Positions 46,305 to 58,570 of a DNA stretch of 64,000 nt are shown here, piece by piece. Origin of the DNA: Cyanophora paradoxa CCMP329 (Eukaryota; Plantae; Glaucophyta). The notes below the pieces were generated by a model, which had not been told where the DNA came from, ran no database searches, and saw only the letters and a program-made list of their open reading frames with translations. The stretch covers positions 1-64,000 of the forward strand of contig QPMI01000212.1 in assembly GCA_004431415.1 (NCBI GenBank). The letters run 5' to 3'. A program made the position numbers and the translations under genes. How positions within the stretch are numbered: position 1 is the first letter of the stretch; each line of letters begins with the position of its first letter.

Positions 46305-47127
46305 AGCTTCGGGAGACGAGCTCGATCGACGTCGGGGCGAGCTCACGCGTACGCAGCCCGTTGCGTGTACCCGGCCTACGATCGCGAATCGGCGTTGGCC
46401 GCTAGCGCTAGCGCTGCCGGCCGGGCGCCGGCGACGGCCGGCGCCGATTGTTTTACTGGTTCCTGATCACTGAGTCATGAAGCAATGCGAAGGGGAGCGG
46501 ACTGCGGCGAGGAGGCCGCATGCGCAGCGGCTGCAGCGCCAGCGCTGCAGCTGCTCGCGATCGGGCGCGCGCCGGCGCCCCCTACAGCTAGGCCGCTGGG
46601 CCTAGGCCTCCCCCGGCCCGCCTCGTCGAACGCGTGCCGCACGCACTGCGGCACTGCGGCACCGGCCCCCGCGCCCGGGGCCCTGGGCCCGCCCCCGCCC
46701 CCGCGCGCAGGGGATCCGGAGCCGGAGCCGGAGCCGTACGCGTGCGGCTGGGGTGGGGCGGGTCCGGCAGGCCCTTCGCAATTGGCCTTGGCGAGGCGGC
46801 GGCGGGCCGCCCGGCGGCGGACTCGGGAGGTGGCGGCGACATTTAATTTACAGTTCGCGAGCGATTTCTGAAACTGAAACGTTAACTGTCTTCCGAAACT
46901 GAGGAAGCGCTTTCTGACACAGACTGCAGCTAGTCATGGCGTAGAGTACATCCAGTAAATTGGGATACAGTCAAGGATAAATTGGAGAGCAATAATAATA
47001 CCATATATAGTGCCGAATGCGCAGTGCTTGAAAGCCTATAAGGCGTCTGGCGCGCGTTACTCGTATCAAAGCGACGCTCATGATCATGATCGCGATGAAT
47101 AGAACTAGTACTGATCATGATCGTTGA

Positions 47128-50100
47128 TCAGCGCTTGAGATGGACGATGCGCTGGATGGCGAGGCCCTTGATCAGCTCGAAGGCGACGAAGAAGACCGCG
47201 AGCCAGCTGCGGGGTAGAATAAAGAGTAAGAAGAAGTTAGACGGCGAGCTATAGGAAGCTCAAGGGAGAGGAAGGGGGGTACACGCACATGAGGTTGAGG
47301 TAGCGGTTGCCGTGGCTGTACCCGAAGCTGGCGACGGCGTCGTCGCCCCCCTTGTAGCACATCTGCTTCGCGTACATCCTGCGGCGCCGCAGGGTTACGA
47401 TTTTCGAATCGAAGTTAGACCCGAGGAAGCTTAGCTAAGCTTAAGGAATTGAATCGAAAGCTTAAGGAAGCTAAGCTTAAGGAAGCGTATATTGAGCTTA
47501 AGGAATCTTAAGCTTCAGCTCCAGGAAGCCGAGCGCACTCGTCGGGGCAGCCCTCGAAGGCGAGGCCCTGCATCTCGTTCGTGACCATGCTCTCGAGGGG
47601 GTAGTGCAGGAAGAAGAGGTAGTAGGCCCAGATCCAGGGGCGCGGCATGTCCGTGTTCGAGACCCTGCGGGGGCGGGGGCGGGGGCGATAAGACGGGGCC
47701 GCGGCGCTGTGAGCGGGGGCGGGGCGGGGGCGGAGGCGAAGGCGGAGCTCATGATCAAGGCGACACTTAAGGAAGCTAACTAGTAAGCTGAAGGAATTCC
47801 TAGTAAGCTTAACTAGTAAGCCGGAGCTGAAGGAGGCTAAGGAGCGGGGGCGGGGGCGGAGGCGGAGGCGGAGGCGAAACGAAGCGAAACGGGGCGGGTA
47901 ACATTGAGTTATTTAATAGTGGCTGGTTAGCTGAGAGGAGGCGGAGGCGGAGCTCGAGGCGGGGCGGGGCGGGCGCACATGAAGCCGGCGAAGAAGGAGC
48001 CGGCGGCGATGCAGAAGCCGGCCATCGCCTGCGCGCGAGGGATTAGTTTAGGCCCCAGCTGCAGGGGAGTGGCGGGGGCGGGGGCGGGTCTCCTATAGCT
48101 AGGCGGGGCGGCGGCCTCCCATATATATATATATATATATATATATCCACCTCTCTATCTCTGGCTGTGAGGGGGCGGGCGGGCGGGGGCACCTGCGCGG
48201 CGGTGGCCACGGGGAGGAGGTACGAGAGCATCTCGTTGAAGGCCGTCGCCGTCAGCTGGAAGACCCTGAGGGGGGGGGGGGGGGGGGGGGGGGAGGGGGG
48301 GGAAGGCCGGTGTCAGAGAGGCAGGAATCTAGATCCAGCTAGAGCGCAGAGCTCCCAAAAAGCAAGGCCGGGATCAAGAGGTTCTAGCAGATCTAGATAT
48401 ACATAGAATCCAGTAAAGGGCGGGGCAGAGCAGAGCTGCCCGATCGCGATCGCGAGCGCACCAGAGGACGAGGAGGGCGTAGGCGAAGCGCTGGCCCGCG
48501 TCCGACGGGTTCAGGCCTGCCGATCAGATCAGATCGGATCGGATCGGATCGGATCGGGGGAGAAGAGAAGAGAGGAGGGGCACCGACGATTCTTAATAGG
48601 AAAGTCTCTAAGACTTAAATGCCGGATCGGATGGAGACGGCTTTATTTCTTCTAGAGAGCTTTGATTCGAATTCTTTCTATCTTTCTGTTAAACCGCACC
48701 GGCGATCCAGTAGACCATGACGAGAGATAGCCTAATTATAAGGTGGCTAAGGTGGCTTGAAGGGCGGGTGGAGACGGCTCTAATTCTCCTTTCGAATTCT
48801 TTCTATCTCTCAGTTAGAGCGGATCGGACCTGCGATCCAGTAGACCATGACGAGAGATAGCCTAATTATAAGGTGGCTAAGGTGGCTTGAAGGGCGGGCG
48901 GAGACGGCTCTAATTCTCCTTTCGAATTCTCTCTATCTCTCAGTTAGAGCGGATCGGACCGGCGATCCAGTAGACCATGACGATGTAGACGATCAGGTTC
49001 GCGAGGTTCACGGGCGTCCCGACGAGGAAGGAGGAGAGCCTGCGGGACCTTCAAGTTTAGATAGCTATAGAGCCACACAGATTAGTTCTAGGACAGATTA
49101 TATATATGAGTTCTAGGTCTCCTCGGGCGGTGCGCACCAGTGGGCCGCCGGCTTGTACATGCCTGCGCTCGCGCGCGCGCCCGTCTCAGGCGCGGAGCCC
49201 GGCACTAGCGACCAGGGCGGGGCCGGGGCGGACCCTGGGAGCGCTCGCGGTAGAAGATCTCGCGGATGGAGAAGTTGTCGGGGATGTCGCCCACCGCCCG
49301 CACCATCGTGTACCTGCGGGGCCGGATCGAATCCGATCAGGAGGCCGCTCAGAGCCCCAAAATATCCGGACGTGCAACCGGAATTATAAAACGCGTCGGG
49401 CCTAGAAGATTTCGGTACAAGACATCTAGATCTCGATCTATCTAAATTCGGGCGCATGCTCACATGACCATGAGGAAGACGAGGGAGTTGCGCATGCGGG
49501 CGTTGGCCTGGTCCAGGCCCCGGTCCGCGTACATCGTCCCCGTCACGAACCCCATGAAGATGTTGCTGGGGGGCTCTTGGTCTTAGATGGCTGCAGCGAG
49601 CAGCCATGGCCGAGGGGAAGGGCTACCTGAATATCTTGGCGTAGACGAGGTGCGGCGAGCGCCAGATGTCGAGGAGCTTGCGGCGCACGAGGGCGCGCGT
49701 CTGGAAGGCCAGGCCCGTCGCCGACCGGTGCTCGAACTTCGCCTCCTCTGCCCGTGGCTAAGTAAGAGGCCGCGAACCCGAAGCGGAGCGGAGCGGCCGC
49801 GCGCGGAGCGGGAGGAGCTATAGCTAGAGTTGCAGGCGAAACCACGCGTGCCGGGCACAGCCGAGTGCCTTGCCATTGGGCTATCTCTCGGCGGGGCGGG
49901 GCGGGGCGTTCCGTTCCGCGCACAGCCGATCGCGAGTGCCTCGGGCTATGTATCTCCCGGCGGGGCAGGAATAAAGCGAGGGATGTAGATCCCTCGCGGG
50001 TGTGGCGGAGGCGCTAGGCGTGCTCCCGTTCTAGAAGCGGTGGCGTCCCCCGTTCTCGAGGCGCAGAAATGCGCGTACCTCGCGGGCGCTGTCGTACGTC

Positions 50101-53100
50101 AGTTCCCGTACGGAACTGACGTACTCTCTCTCTGTACGGGAACTGACGTACGACAGCGCCCGCGAGGTACGCGCATTTCTGCGCCTCGAGAACGGGGGAC
50201 GCCACCGCTTCTAGAACGGGAGCACGCCTAGCGCCTCCGCCACACCCGCGAGGGATCTACATCCCTCGCTTTATTCCTACGGCGGGGCGGGGCGGGGCGC
50301 ACCGATGACGAAGTTAAGCTAAAGCTAAAGTTTGGTTGAAGCTCAAGTAGGGCGTTATAATCAGCTAATTATAAGGCTAAATTAAAGTCACCGATGGCGA
50401 AGGAGGCGTGCAGCTGGTCGAGCTCGGCGCGGCACGCGGCCGCCTCGTCGCTCTCGCGCCACGCCGCCGCGAAGTCGACCGCGCCCTCCTTCCCGTCCCT
50501 TCGGGGCTCCTTGCCCATCACCACGTCCAGGATGTGGTCCGCCTGGTGAGACCGCGTGAGGCTAAGGTGAGGCTAAGGCCTAGGCCGCCTGGCCGCCTGG
50601 CCGCGGGCCAAGGTGAGGCCGGCCGGGCGCCGCGACTTGAACTGCTGAGAGCCGCCGCGACGCCGGGCCGGGCGCCAGACGCACCGGGTTGCGGTAGTGG
50701 GCCCTGTGGAAGCCGAGCTTCTCGAAGTAGGACATGACCGTGTCCGCGTTCTCCCCCATCTGAAGAAGCGGTTCGAGGCGCGGGAGAGAATGGGGGCGGG
50801 GAGAGGGGCGGAGCCGACCTTGCCGAAGTAGGCCACCTCGCCGCCCTTCTTCAGGAGGAGCAGCGAGTCGAATTTCTTGAAGATTTCCGCGCTGGGCTGG
50901 TGGATGGTGCAGATGATCGCCTGGCCCTTGCCCGCCAGCTCGCGCAGCAGCTCCACGATCTGCAGCGCGCTCGCCGCGTCCAGGCCCGTCGTCGGCTCGT
51001 CTGCTCGGAGAGTCAGACGGGCTAAGAAATCAAAGGGCGGGCGGGCGGGAGGGCACCGAGGAAGAGGAGGGAGGGGCGGGGCACGAGCTCCATGGCGATG
51101 CAGACGTGCTTGCGCATGGCGACGGAGATGCCGCCCGCCGCCAGCGTCCCGATCACCTGCGACGACGAAGTCAGCCGACGAAGACAGACAGACAGACAGA
51201 CAGGCTCTGGGCTGGGGGGCGGCCGGGTCGGCCTCGGCCTCGGACGCGCCTCGTTCACGTACGGGCGGAGGTGCAGCGCGTCGATCGCCGCGTCCGCGGC
51301 GCTGCGCGCCGGATCCGGGTCGGCAATCGCGAGCCGAAGGATAGAAGGATAGGCACGTCGTTCACGTAGGGGCGAAGGATAGAGGCCCAGGAAAGGGCGG
51401 GCGCGGGCGTGTGCGCACGCGGCCTTCTCCTCCTCGGGGATGGATGCGTCGAGCCGCAGGCTGGCCGACGTCATGATCGCCTCTTTAATCGTCTGCGGCG
51501 CTAAAATAAGAACTAGAGAGCGCGGCACGCGCGTACGCTAGACTGGCTAGCTAGCGCCGACCATGGTGCTGAGGAGGAGGTCGAACTGCTCGACGTAGCC
51601 GGACATGCGGAGGAAGCAGGGGTCCCGCGGCCTCTTGTTGATGAGCAGCTCACCCGCCGTCTTGCCGCCCGTCTTGCGGTCCGCCAGCACGTCGAGAAGA
51701 GTGCTGCGCGCGGGGCGCATCGTCAGAAGCGTAAGGGAACGAGGCGCGGCAGAGAGTAGATCTGGAGAGGGCGCGCGCGCGCGTGCGCACGTCTTGCCGC
51801 CGCCGCTGGGGCCCATGAGCTGTGGAAGCGAAATTGAAGGCGGTCAGCTCAGAAGAACAAGAAGAAGCTTAAGGCGTCCAGCTCAGAAGATGGGCGTTCG
51901 CATAATGTAAGAATTGATCAAAGAAGATTCATAGGAACGGAGCGCACAGCGACGAGGCCGCCGGAGCGGCAGAGAAATAGCCTAAGGTGGCTTAGGTGTG
52001 GCGGTAGAGTTAAGACTCTGCCCTGTCGGGCAAGACTTGCTTGCACTGGGTGTACCTAAGCAAGTCTTGCCCGACAGGGCAGAGTCTTAACTCTACCGCC
52101 ACACCTAAGCCACCTTAGGCTATTTCTCCGGTCGCCGGAGCGGCAGAAGCCGGTCACGCCCGTCAGCAGCATCTTCTCCTGCTTCTTGTTCTTGGGGTCC
52201 GGCACGCTGCGGGCGGGCGGCGGCGCCGGCCATGGTCAGCCGGACGAGAAGAGGCGGACCGGAGAGGAGAGGCGAAGGTTGCGCAAGGGCGTCGCGCGCG
52301 CACCTGTAGCAGAGATCCTTGAAGGTGATGAGGGCGCGCGGCGGTGTGAAGTGGCGGTTGCGGTCTGCGCGCGCGGCTCCAGACGTCAGGCAACGGATTT
52401 CAAGCTCAGGGACGAGGAGGGAACGCGCCCGCGTCGGCGTCGGCGGAGGAGGGGAGGTCGACAGCGGCGGCGCCGCCCGCGGAGCCGGCGTCCTCGGGGG
52501 GTACCCACTGCTTGCGCCAGCGCCTGAAGACGAAGCCAGCGCCCGCGATTGACAGGTAGAAGAGCCACTGGCCCACCAAGATCTGAAGGAAGGAAGGACG
52601 GAAGGGCGTGATCGTGAGGCGCTCGCGCCCGATTTCAATCAGAGGGCGGGGATCGACTCAGCGCAACGCAGCGCACCAGGATGCACCACCAGTACCACTC
52701 GGGCTCCTTGTGCATGTTGAACATGTCGAGGACGGCCGACCCGCCCTCGGGCATGTCGCTCAGCTGGAGGTCGTGCAGCTCGTTGATGCAGAGGGCCTGA
52801 GAGGGAGGGAGGGAGGGAGAGGCCTCGTTAGGGCGGGCGGGGCGAGAAGAAGGGTATTCGTATCGCTGCGCACCTCGTGGGGGTAGCGGTAGAAGGTAAA
52901 GTAGTGCAGCCATATCTGTCGCGGAAACGCTGAGGAAGGGCGGGCAGGTTGGGATGGATTGGCGCAAATATACGCACCCACGGCTTCGGGATCTTGTCCC
53001 GGGGTACGAGGAAGCCGTTGAAGAGGAGGAGGAGGGGCGGCAGGATGGCGGCGACGATGGCGCCGATGGGCAGCGTCGGCGTCCATGCCGAGATCGCCCT

Positions 53101-56100
53101 GCCGAGGAATGAGAAGGGAAGAGAAGTACAAGTGCCAGAGGCAGATCTAGAGCACACATGACGGAGGCGTCGGCAGTGAGGGTCGTCAGCAGAAGGGCTG
53201 GCGCGCTCAATTATGAGCCCAAGACCACCGAAAAGCGAGGATAAATCGAACAGAATTCGAGGCGCACTTAGGATGTATTTGCCGAAGCGGACGCTGTTGG
53301 AGACGCTCTGCAGGCCCACCGTCCAGTACGTGAGGAAGGCGCTGGCATGGGGCGGCGCGCGTGCGTCAGGGGCGGGAAGCAAATCAATCGAAGGAAATCT
53401 TAACGAAGGAAATCGACCGAATGCTTAAGCTCAAGCAAGGCGCAAGTGAAGTTAAGCTAGGTTAGCTAAGTTAAGAGAGTTCAAAGGGGGGCGCACAAGG
53501 CGAGGACCTCGGCGAAGAGGCGGGGGACGTCCGCCAGGACGATGGCGAGGAACCTGGCCGCGAGGCACTGTCAGAGGGAGAGAGGCGGGTCAGGAGCGCA
53601 GGTCACGAAGGCACGGCCACGGTCGAGGCCGCGAGCTGTCCAGCTAGCGCCTATCGGAAGAAGACGAGAAGGAGCGGAGGCCTGGCGGAGGAGGGGGGCG
53701 CCAGGCGGCGGGGCGGTAGGAGCGGTCGGAGAGATAGCATAAGGCAGCTAAGAGACTCTGCCGGAGACGGAGAGGGAGCTTCGCACCACGCGGCGGGGCG
53801 GTAGTAGCGGTCGGCGGCCTCCTTGTAGAGCATGGCGCGGTCGAGGAAGAAGCGCTCCGTCTTGGAGATGGCCGCGAAGCCGAACCCCAGCACCGCCGCC
53901 TGAGGAGAGGGCGGGTCACGTCCGCGCTCGCGTTTCGCTTAAGGCTTAACGGACTGGAGGGCTTGGCTGTCTGGGGCGGGGGGTGGGGGTGGGGTGGGGG
54001 GTGGGGGGGGGGGGGGGGGGGGGGGCTACATGCAGCGCTAGCTGGGCGGGGCGGGCGGGCGGGGGGTATGGTGGTGGTGGTGGGGGGGAGGGCGGGGGGG
54101 TACCTGGAGGAAGGCAACGCGGTTCTGGGCGCCGCGCAGCGTGTCGGAGCTGCTCACGTACAGCGTCCCGATGATGAACGCCATGAAAACCTGCCCGAGG
54201 GCGCGGGGCGCGGGGCTTAGACGCTCGCTAGGCTTAGGGGGAGGGGGGGAAGGGGGGGGGGGGAAGCGCCATCTGGAGGGCGAAGCGGCCGATGTTGGGG
54301 CCCTTGTCGCGGACCAGCAGCTTGGAGAAGCGAACGTAGTTCATCCAGAGCTGGAACCAGAAGGGCCGCGCGAACTCGCCCCGCAGCGGCGCCGCCGGCT
54401 TCTCGAGCGTCCGCCCCTCCGCCTCCGCCTCCGCCACCTCCGCATCGACCCGCCTCGCCTCCGGCGACGCGGCAAAGCTTCGGGCCGGGGCGCGAGCGCG
54501 CGCGTCAGCGAGGGGCGAAGCTCTCGAGGGTGGGTGGTCCCGGCCCTCGCACCGGTCGGCGAGCTGGGAGGAGGTCGGGGCGGGCCCCTGGCCCCGCCAG
54601 AAGGCCTTGCCCGGCTCCTCGGTGACCCACTGCAGGAAGTCCTGCGGGCCCGCAGTCAGATCAGATCAGGGCTGATCAGATCAGATCAGATCAGAAGGGG
54701 CCCTCCGGGCCTCCTTTTGGCTCTCACCTGAGGGGGCATGCCGTGCGGGCGGTGGTAGCCCATGTCGACGAAGTACTTTAGCGCGTCCTGCGTAGGGCCC
54801 TGGTACACCACGCGGCCCGCCGCCAGCATCATCAGCCGGTCTGGGCGGCCACGGCCGGGGCGCCCGGTCAGAGGGCGGCAAAAGCAGGGGTACGGCAGGC
54901 GGCACCGAAGCAGCAGAAGGCCTCCCAGGAGGGCTGGAGGAGGCACGCCATGACGGCGACACCCTCGCTGGCGAACGTCCGCAGCGCGCGGCAGAGGTCC
55001 AGCGTCGCTGTCGCGTCCAGGCCTGCCGAGGAGGGGGTACCGGTGAGAAAAGAAGAGGGGGGGAAGCGCTGGGGGGGGGGGGGGTAACCGTCGGAGGCCT
55101 GGTCCATGAGGATGACGGACTTGAGGCTCGCGACGCCCTCGAGGCCGACGGTCACGCGCCGCTTCTCGCCGCCCGAGACGCCCCGGACCGCCTGGTTACC
55201 GATCTGGGGGTACGCCGTCAACCCAGGGGGGGGAGGGGCGGGAGGGGGCTGAGCGGGGGGAGGGCGGGTACGGGGCGCACGATCGTGTCGGCGACGTGTG
55301 AGAGATTGAGGGACTTCATCGCAACCGTGACCTGCGCTCCTTTAGAGGGCGGCGCCCGAGTCGCAGCGGGGGGTACGGCGCCGGGGCGCCGGCGGACCGC
55401 GTCGGAGACGTGGTGGCTGGTCATGTCGGGAGGCGCCCGCAGGCGCGCGGAGAACTCGAAGGCCTCCCGCACGGTCATCAGCGCTGCGGAGAGCAAAGGG
55501 ACCGAAATCAGCGGGGAGGGAGGGGGGGGGGGGGGGAATATGGGGGGTTCGCGCACGGTAGTGCTCGTCGGACTGCTCGACCAGCGCGACGCTGCGGTGG
55601 TATGTGTGACCCGGCGCTTCGCCGTTCAGAAGGACCTGGGGCGGAGCGGGGTCAGGGGGTGGGCCGGGCCGGGGCGCGGGGCGGCGCTCGCCTCGCCGCT
55701 TATGGTCCCCTCTGAGAGCTCCGACGTTTGGCGCGCGAGGATCTTAAGGAGCGTCGACTGCGCGGGGCGTTGTCAGCGGCGGCGGAGGCGACGGCGGCGA
55801 CGGCGGCGACGGGGGGGGGGGGGGGGGGGTACGGGGCGGCGCGCCTTTCCAGAGCGGGGTCCGCCAAGAAGAAGCGTGGCGGAGCCGGGCGACACGCATC
55901 CCGTCACGTCCTTTAGAACGTTCACCGCCCGCTTCTCCGCGCGCCGAAACGGGTTCGAGAACTGCGCCGCGGGACTCGGCACGTGAATACGGGTCCACGC
56001 TGCTCCGCTCTGCGCATGCGCGCGCGCGTCGCCGCGCACCGCGCTGGCGAGCGTGTGCGCCTCGCGGGATGCCTTGGAGGCCTTGATGCTGAAGGAGACG

Positions 56101-56553
56101 TTGCGGAAAGTGAGGAAGCTCCGCCCGTGGTCGAAGCCGGCCTCCCGCAGCCGCCGCGCGGCCTCCACGACCAGCGAGACGCGCCGCGGGTCGTACACGG
56201 GCGGGAGGGCGAGCGCGTGCTCCAGCGACACGCGCGTGGCGTCGATGAACTTCGCATCGGCGGTCGAGAACGGCACCGGCGTGCCGCCCGAGCGCGGCGA
56301 GTCGCTGGAGTCGCTTTCCGAGCTCGAGCCTGGGGCGCATACGCGTGAGGACTTGCGCGCGCCGAAAAGGGCGCGGGCGCGGGCACGCACCCTTTAGCTT
56401 CACGATCTGGACCGTAACATTGCCGGCCGGCCCGGCCGGCCCGCGCATATGCATGCGGACGTGCGGCGCGCCCGCCGCGGCCGCGAACTCATGGTCTTGC
56501 AACGGAGCCGGGGCCGGGGGCTGCGCGCCGCGGCGCTCGCCCGCACTCACCAT
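47128..56553 (-). CDS. Full-size ABCG (PDR-type) ABC transporter, multi-exon
   Basis: NBD1 has [15 protein letters not shown] and [17 protein letters not shown]2 has [38 protein letters not shown] and CTIHQPS. Two TM blocks; ends IVHLKR*. Confidence 0.95.
48701..48983. repeat. 130-bp tandem duplication of an exon end plus intron start in the ABCG gene
   Basis: GCGATCCAGTAGACCATGACGA occurs three times at 130-bp spacing with near-identical spacers. Confidence 0.9.
49966..50279. mobile_element. Fold-back (hairpin) MITE, hAT-like, in an ABCG intron
   Basis: 145-bp perfect arms (49967-50111, 50134-50278), a 22-bp spacer, termini CAGG...CCTA and an 8-bp TSD CGGCGGGG. Confidence 0.88.
51972..52128. 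repeat. 157-bp hairpin insertion inside an ABCG coding exon
   Basis: 71-bp perfect arms and a 15-bp loop, flanked by a 15-bp duplication CGCCGGAGCGGCAGA (51959-51973, 52133-52147). Confidence 0.9.
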
Positions 56554-57885
56554 GGCAACTTTCGACGATGGCCGCAGAGGAGCAGCTTGCTAGCAACTTC
56601 AAGGCAAATGGCTGCAGCTGCGAGGGCAACAACGACAGGCGCTGTCGCACGCAAGCGCAACATGCGCATGCTCTCCGCCCATCGGGCCAACGTACCGGCT
56701 GCCGTGACCGAGCTCGCAATTCGCATCATTTTGGGGTACAACAAAGGTTTGGGGTACAACAAACTTTTGTCGTCATGTTTGGGTACGACGATTTCGGCGT
56801 GCTCCCTTCCGAGCTCGCTCGCGGCGGCCGCGGCCGCGGCTGCGGCTTAAAATTTATATTACGGCAGGATCGACACGCTGGCTACTCAAGATCACACACG
56901 CGGTCACCCCGAATCCCAAGTTCGAATCCCGACCGAAACTTTCAGCGATCGACGCGTGCACGCGGTTACGAGCCCGCCGATCTCCGAGCTCCGAAGCGCA
57001 ACCAACGCCCTGAGCTTGTTAGATAAGGCCGGAATAGCACCTTGTCGCGTCCCCGGGCGAGCCGTGTGAGCTTCGGACCGTCGGCGCGCGCGGCCTTAAG
57101 CTTAGGCCGCGGCTGCCTGCGGGGCCGGCCGGCCTTTCGACGTTCGCTCCTTGCTCCTTCACGGCGTCGGGGCAGTTCCTCGGAGAGCGGTACAAGAAAG
57201 CATATTATGGCGTCGACGTCGCGGCAGAAACAGGTGAACATCGGTATCAACCTTTTGAACGCGTGCTCCTTACGCGATCCTAACTCAGGCTGACGCTGCA
57301 CCATGGCCATCTGGCCCGCGCGCCGTCGACGTCGGCTATTTCGCTGGAAAGAAGTTGGGAAGCGAAGCGCGTGCTGGCTTGGAGAAGGCTGGAAGGGATG
57401 TGCGAAGCGGGATTGAGGATGCCGGCAGAGACGTGCGGAACGGCTTATATGTTGTGCGTAGTCGGTCGGCTCTTTCCCGACGATTGCGGATACTGCCTCA
57501 CGGTCCCTAGCTGGCCTCGCAGGTCGGTGCCGGCCTCGTTTTGGCTGCAGTGGTGCGCGAGTTTGGCGCCCACCTCCGGACCCGTTCACGTGGTCCACGA
57601 GGAAAAGGATCCCAAGCCGGAGACGTCGTCAAGGCGACCCTGAAGAAGACCAAGGACACTCTTGGTGTGTTGCATCGTTGCATGCTGCCAGGCTGCACGA
57701 GGCGCACTGTTGATAATGCGTTTCTCGCAGCCTAAGTCGCAGGCCCGCGGTCTTGAGGTCTCGGTCGGCCCCGCCCCTAGTACCTGCCTCGGTGCGCAAC
57801 TTCCTTTGAGTAGTTGTGGGCCTGACTGATCTTTCAGGCTGCGTTGGCGGGCCTGGCGCACTGGGTGGACAGGGCTCCCTCTTGA

Positions 57886-58570
57886 GCTGACCGCAGGCTA
57901 CAGCTACAGGAGGGAATGGAGCTTCTGTCTTTCTGTCGTTCTCCAGCAGATGCCGCATTGTTCGGGCGGGGGCGAAGGAGCTATAGGAAGAGGGTAGGGG
58001 GGGGGGGGGGGGGGGGGGGCTTGGAGACTAGCTATAGAGGGGACTGCAGATGGGTGCCTTCATCGTTCCGGGAGTCCGGCGGGCGGGGGCGGGAGGGCGG
58101 CTAGGCGGCGGATCCGAAGCCGGAGGCGGCGCGGGGGGCGGCGGAGGCGACGTGGTGGAGGGGCCGGCCGCGGGCCCCCGGCCACTCCGCCGCCCTCGCC
58201 TCCGCCAGCAGCTCCAGCGCCTCCGCCAGCAGCTCCAGGGCCCCTCAGATCAGATCAGATCAGATCTGATCTGATCTGAGCGCACCGCGGGCGAAGGCGG
58301 CGTTGTCGAAGTAGACGCGGCGCCGGCGGGCCTCCCGCGCGGCGGCGAGGGCCGCCCGCAGCGCCGCGAGGCGCCCCGGGGCTCCGGCCCCCGCCGCCAG
58401 CGCCACCGCCGCGTCCTCGTGCCGTAGTACGCCTGCGCGGAGCAAATTAAACGAAGGCGCCCCGGCCCGCGCCTCAGCTGCATGCAGAGGCCGCGGGAGA
58501 AGGCGCGGAGGCGGGGCGGGGCGGGGCCGGGCGGGCCTTGATCATGAGGCTGGCCATGGGGAAGATGGGG
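57886..58570 (-). repeat. Diverged segmental duplicate, copy A (3' exons of a hypothetical gene)
   Basis: Colinear with 60071-60800. Encodes PGRLAALRAALAAAREARR..YFDNAAFAR and ALELLAEARAAEWPGARGRPLHHVA. Confidence 0.8.

Noticed and set aside
50014-50231. Two nearly identical 63-aa ORFs on opposite strands
   Set aside because: A trivial consequence of the perfect palindrome.
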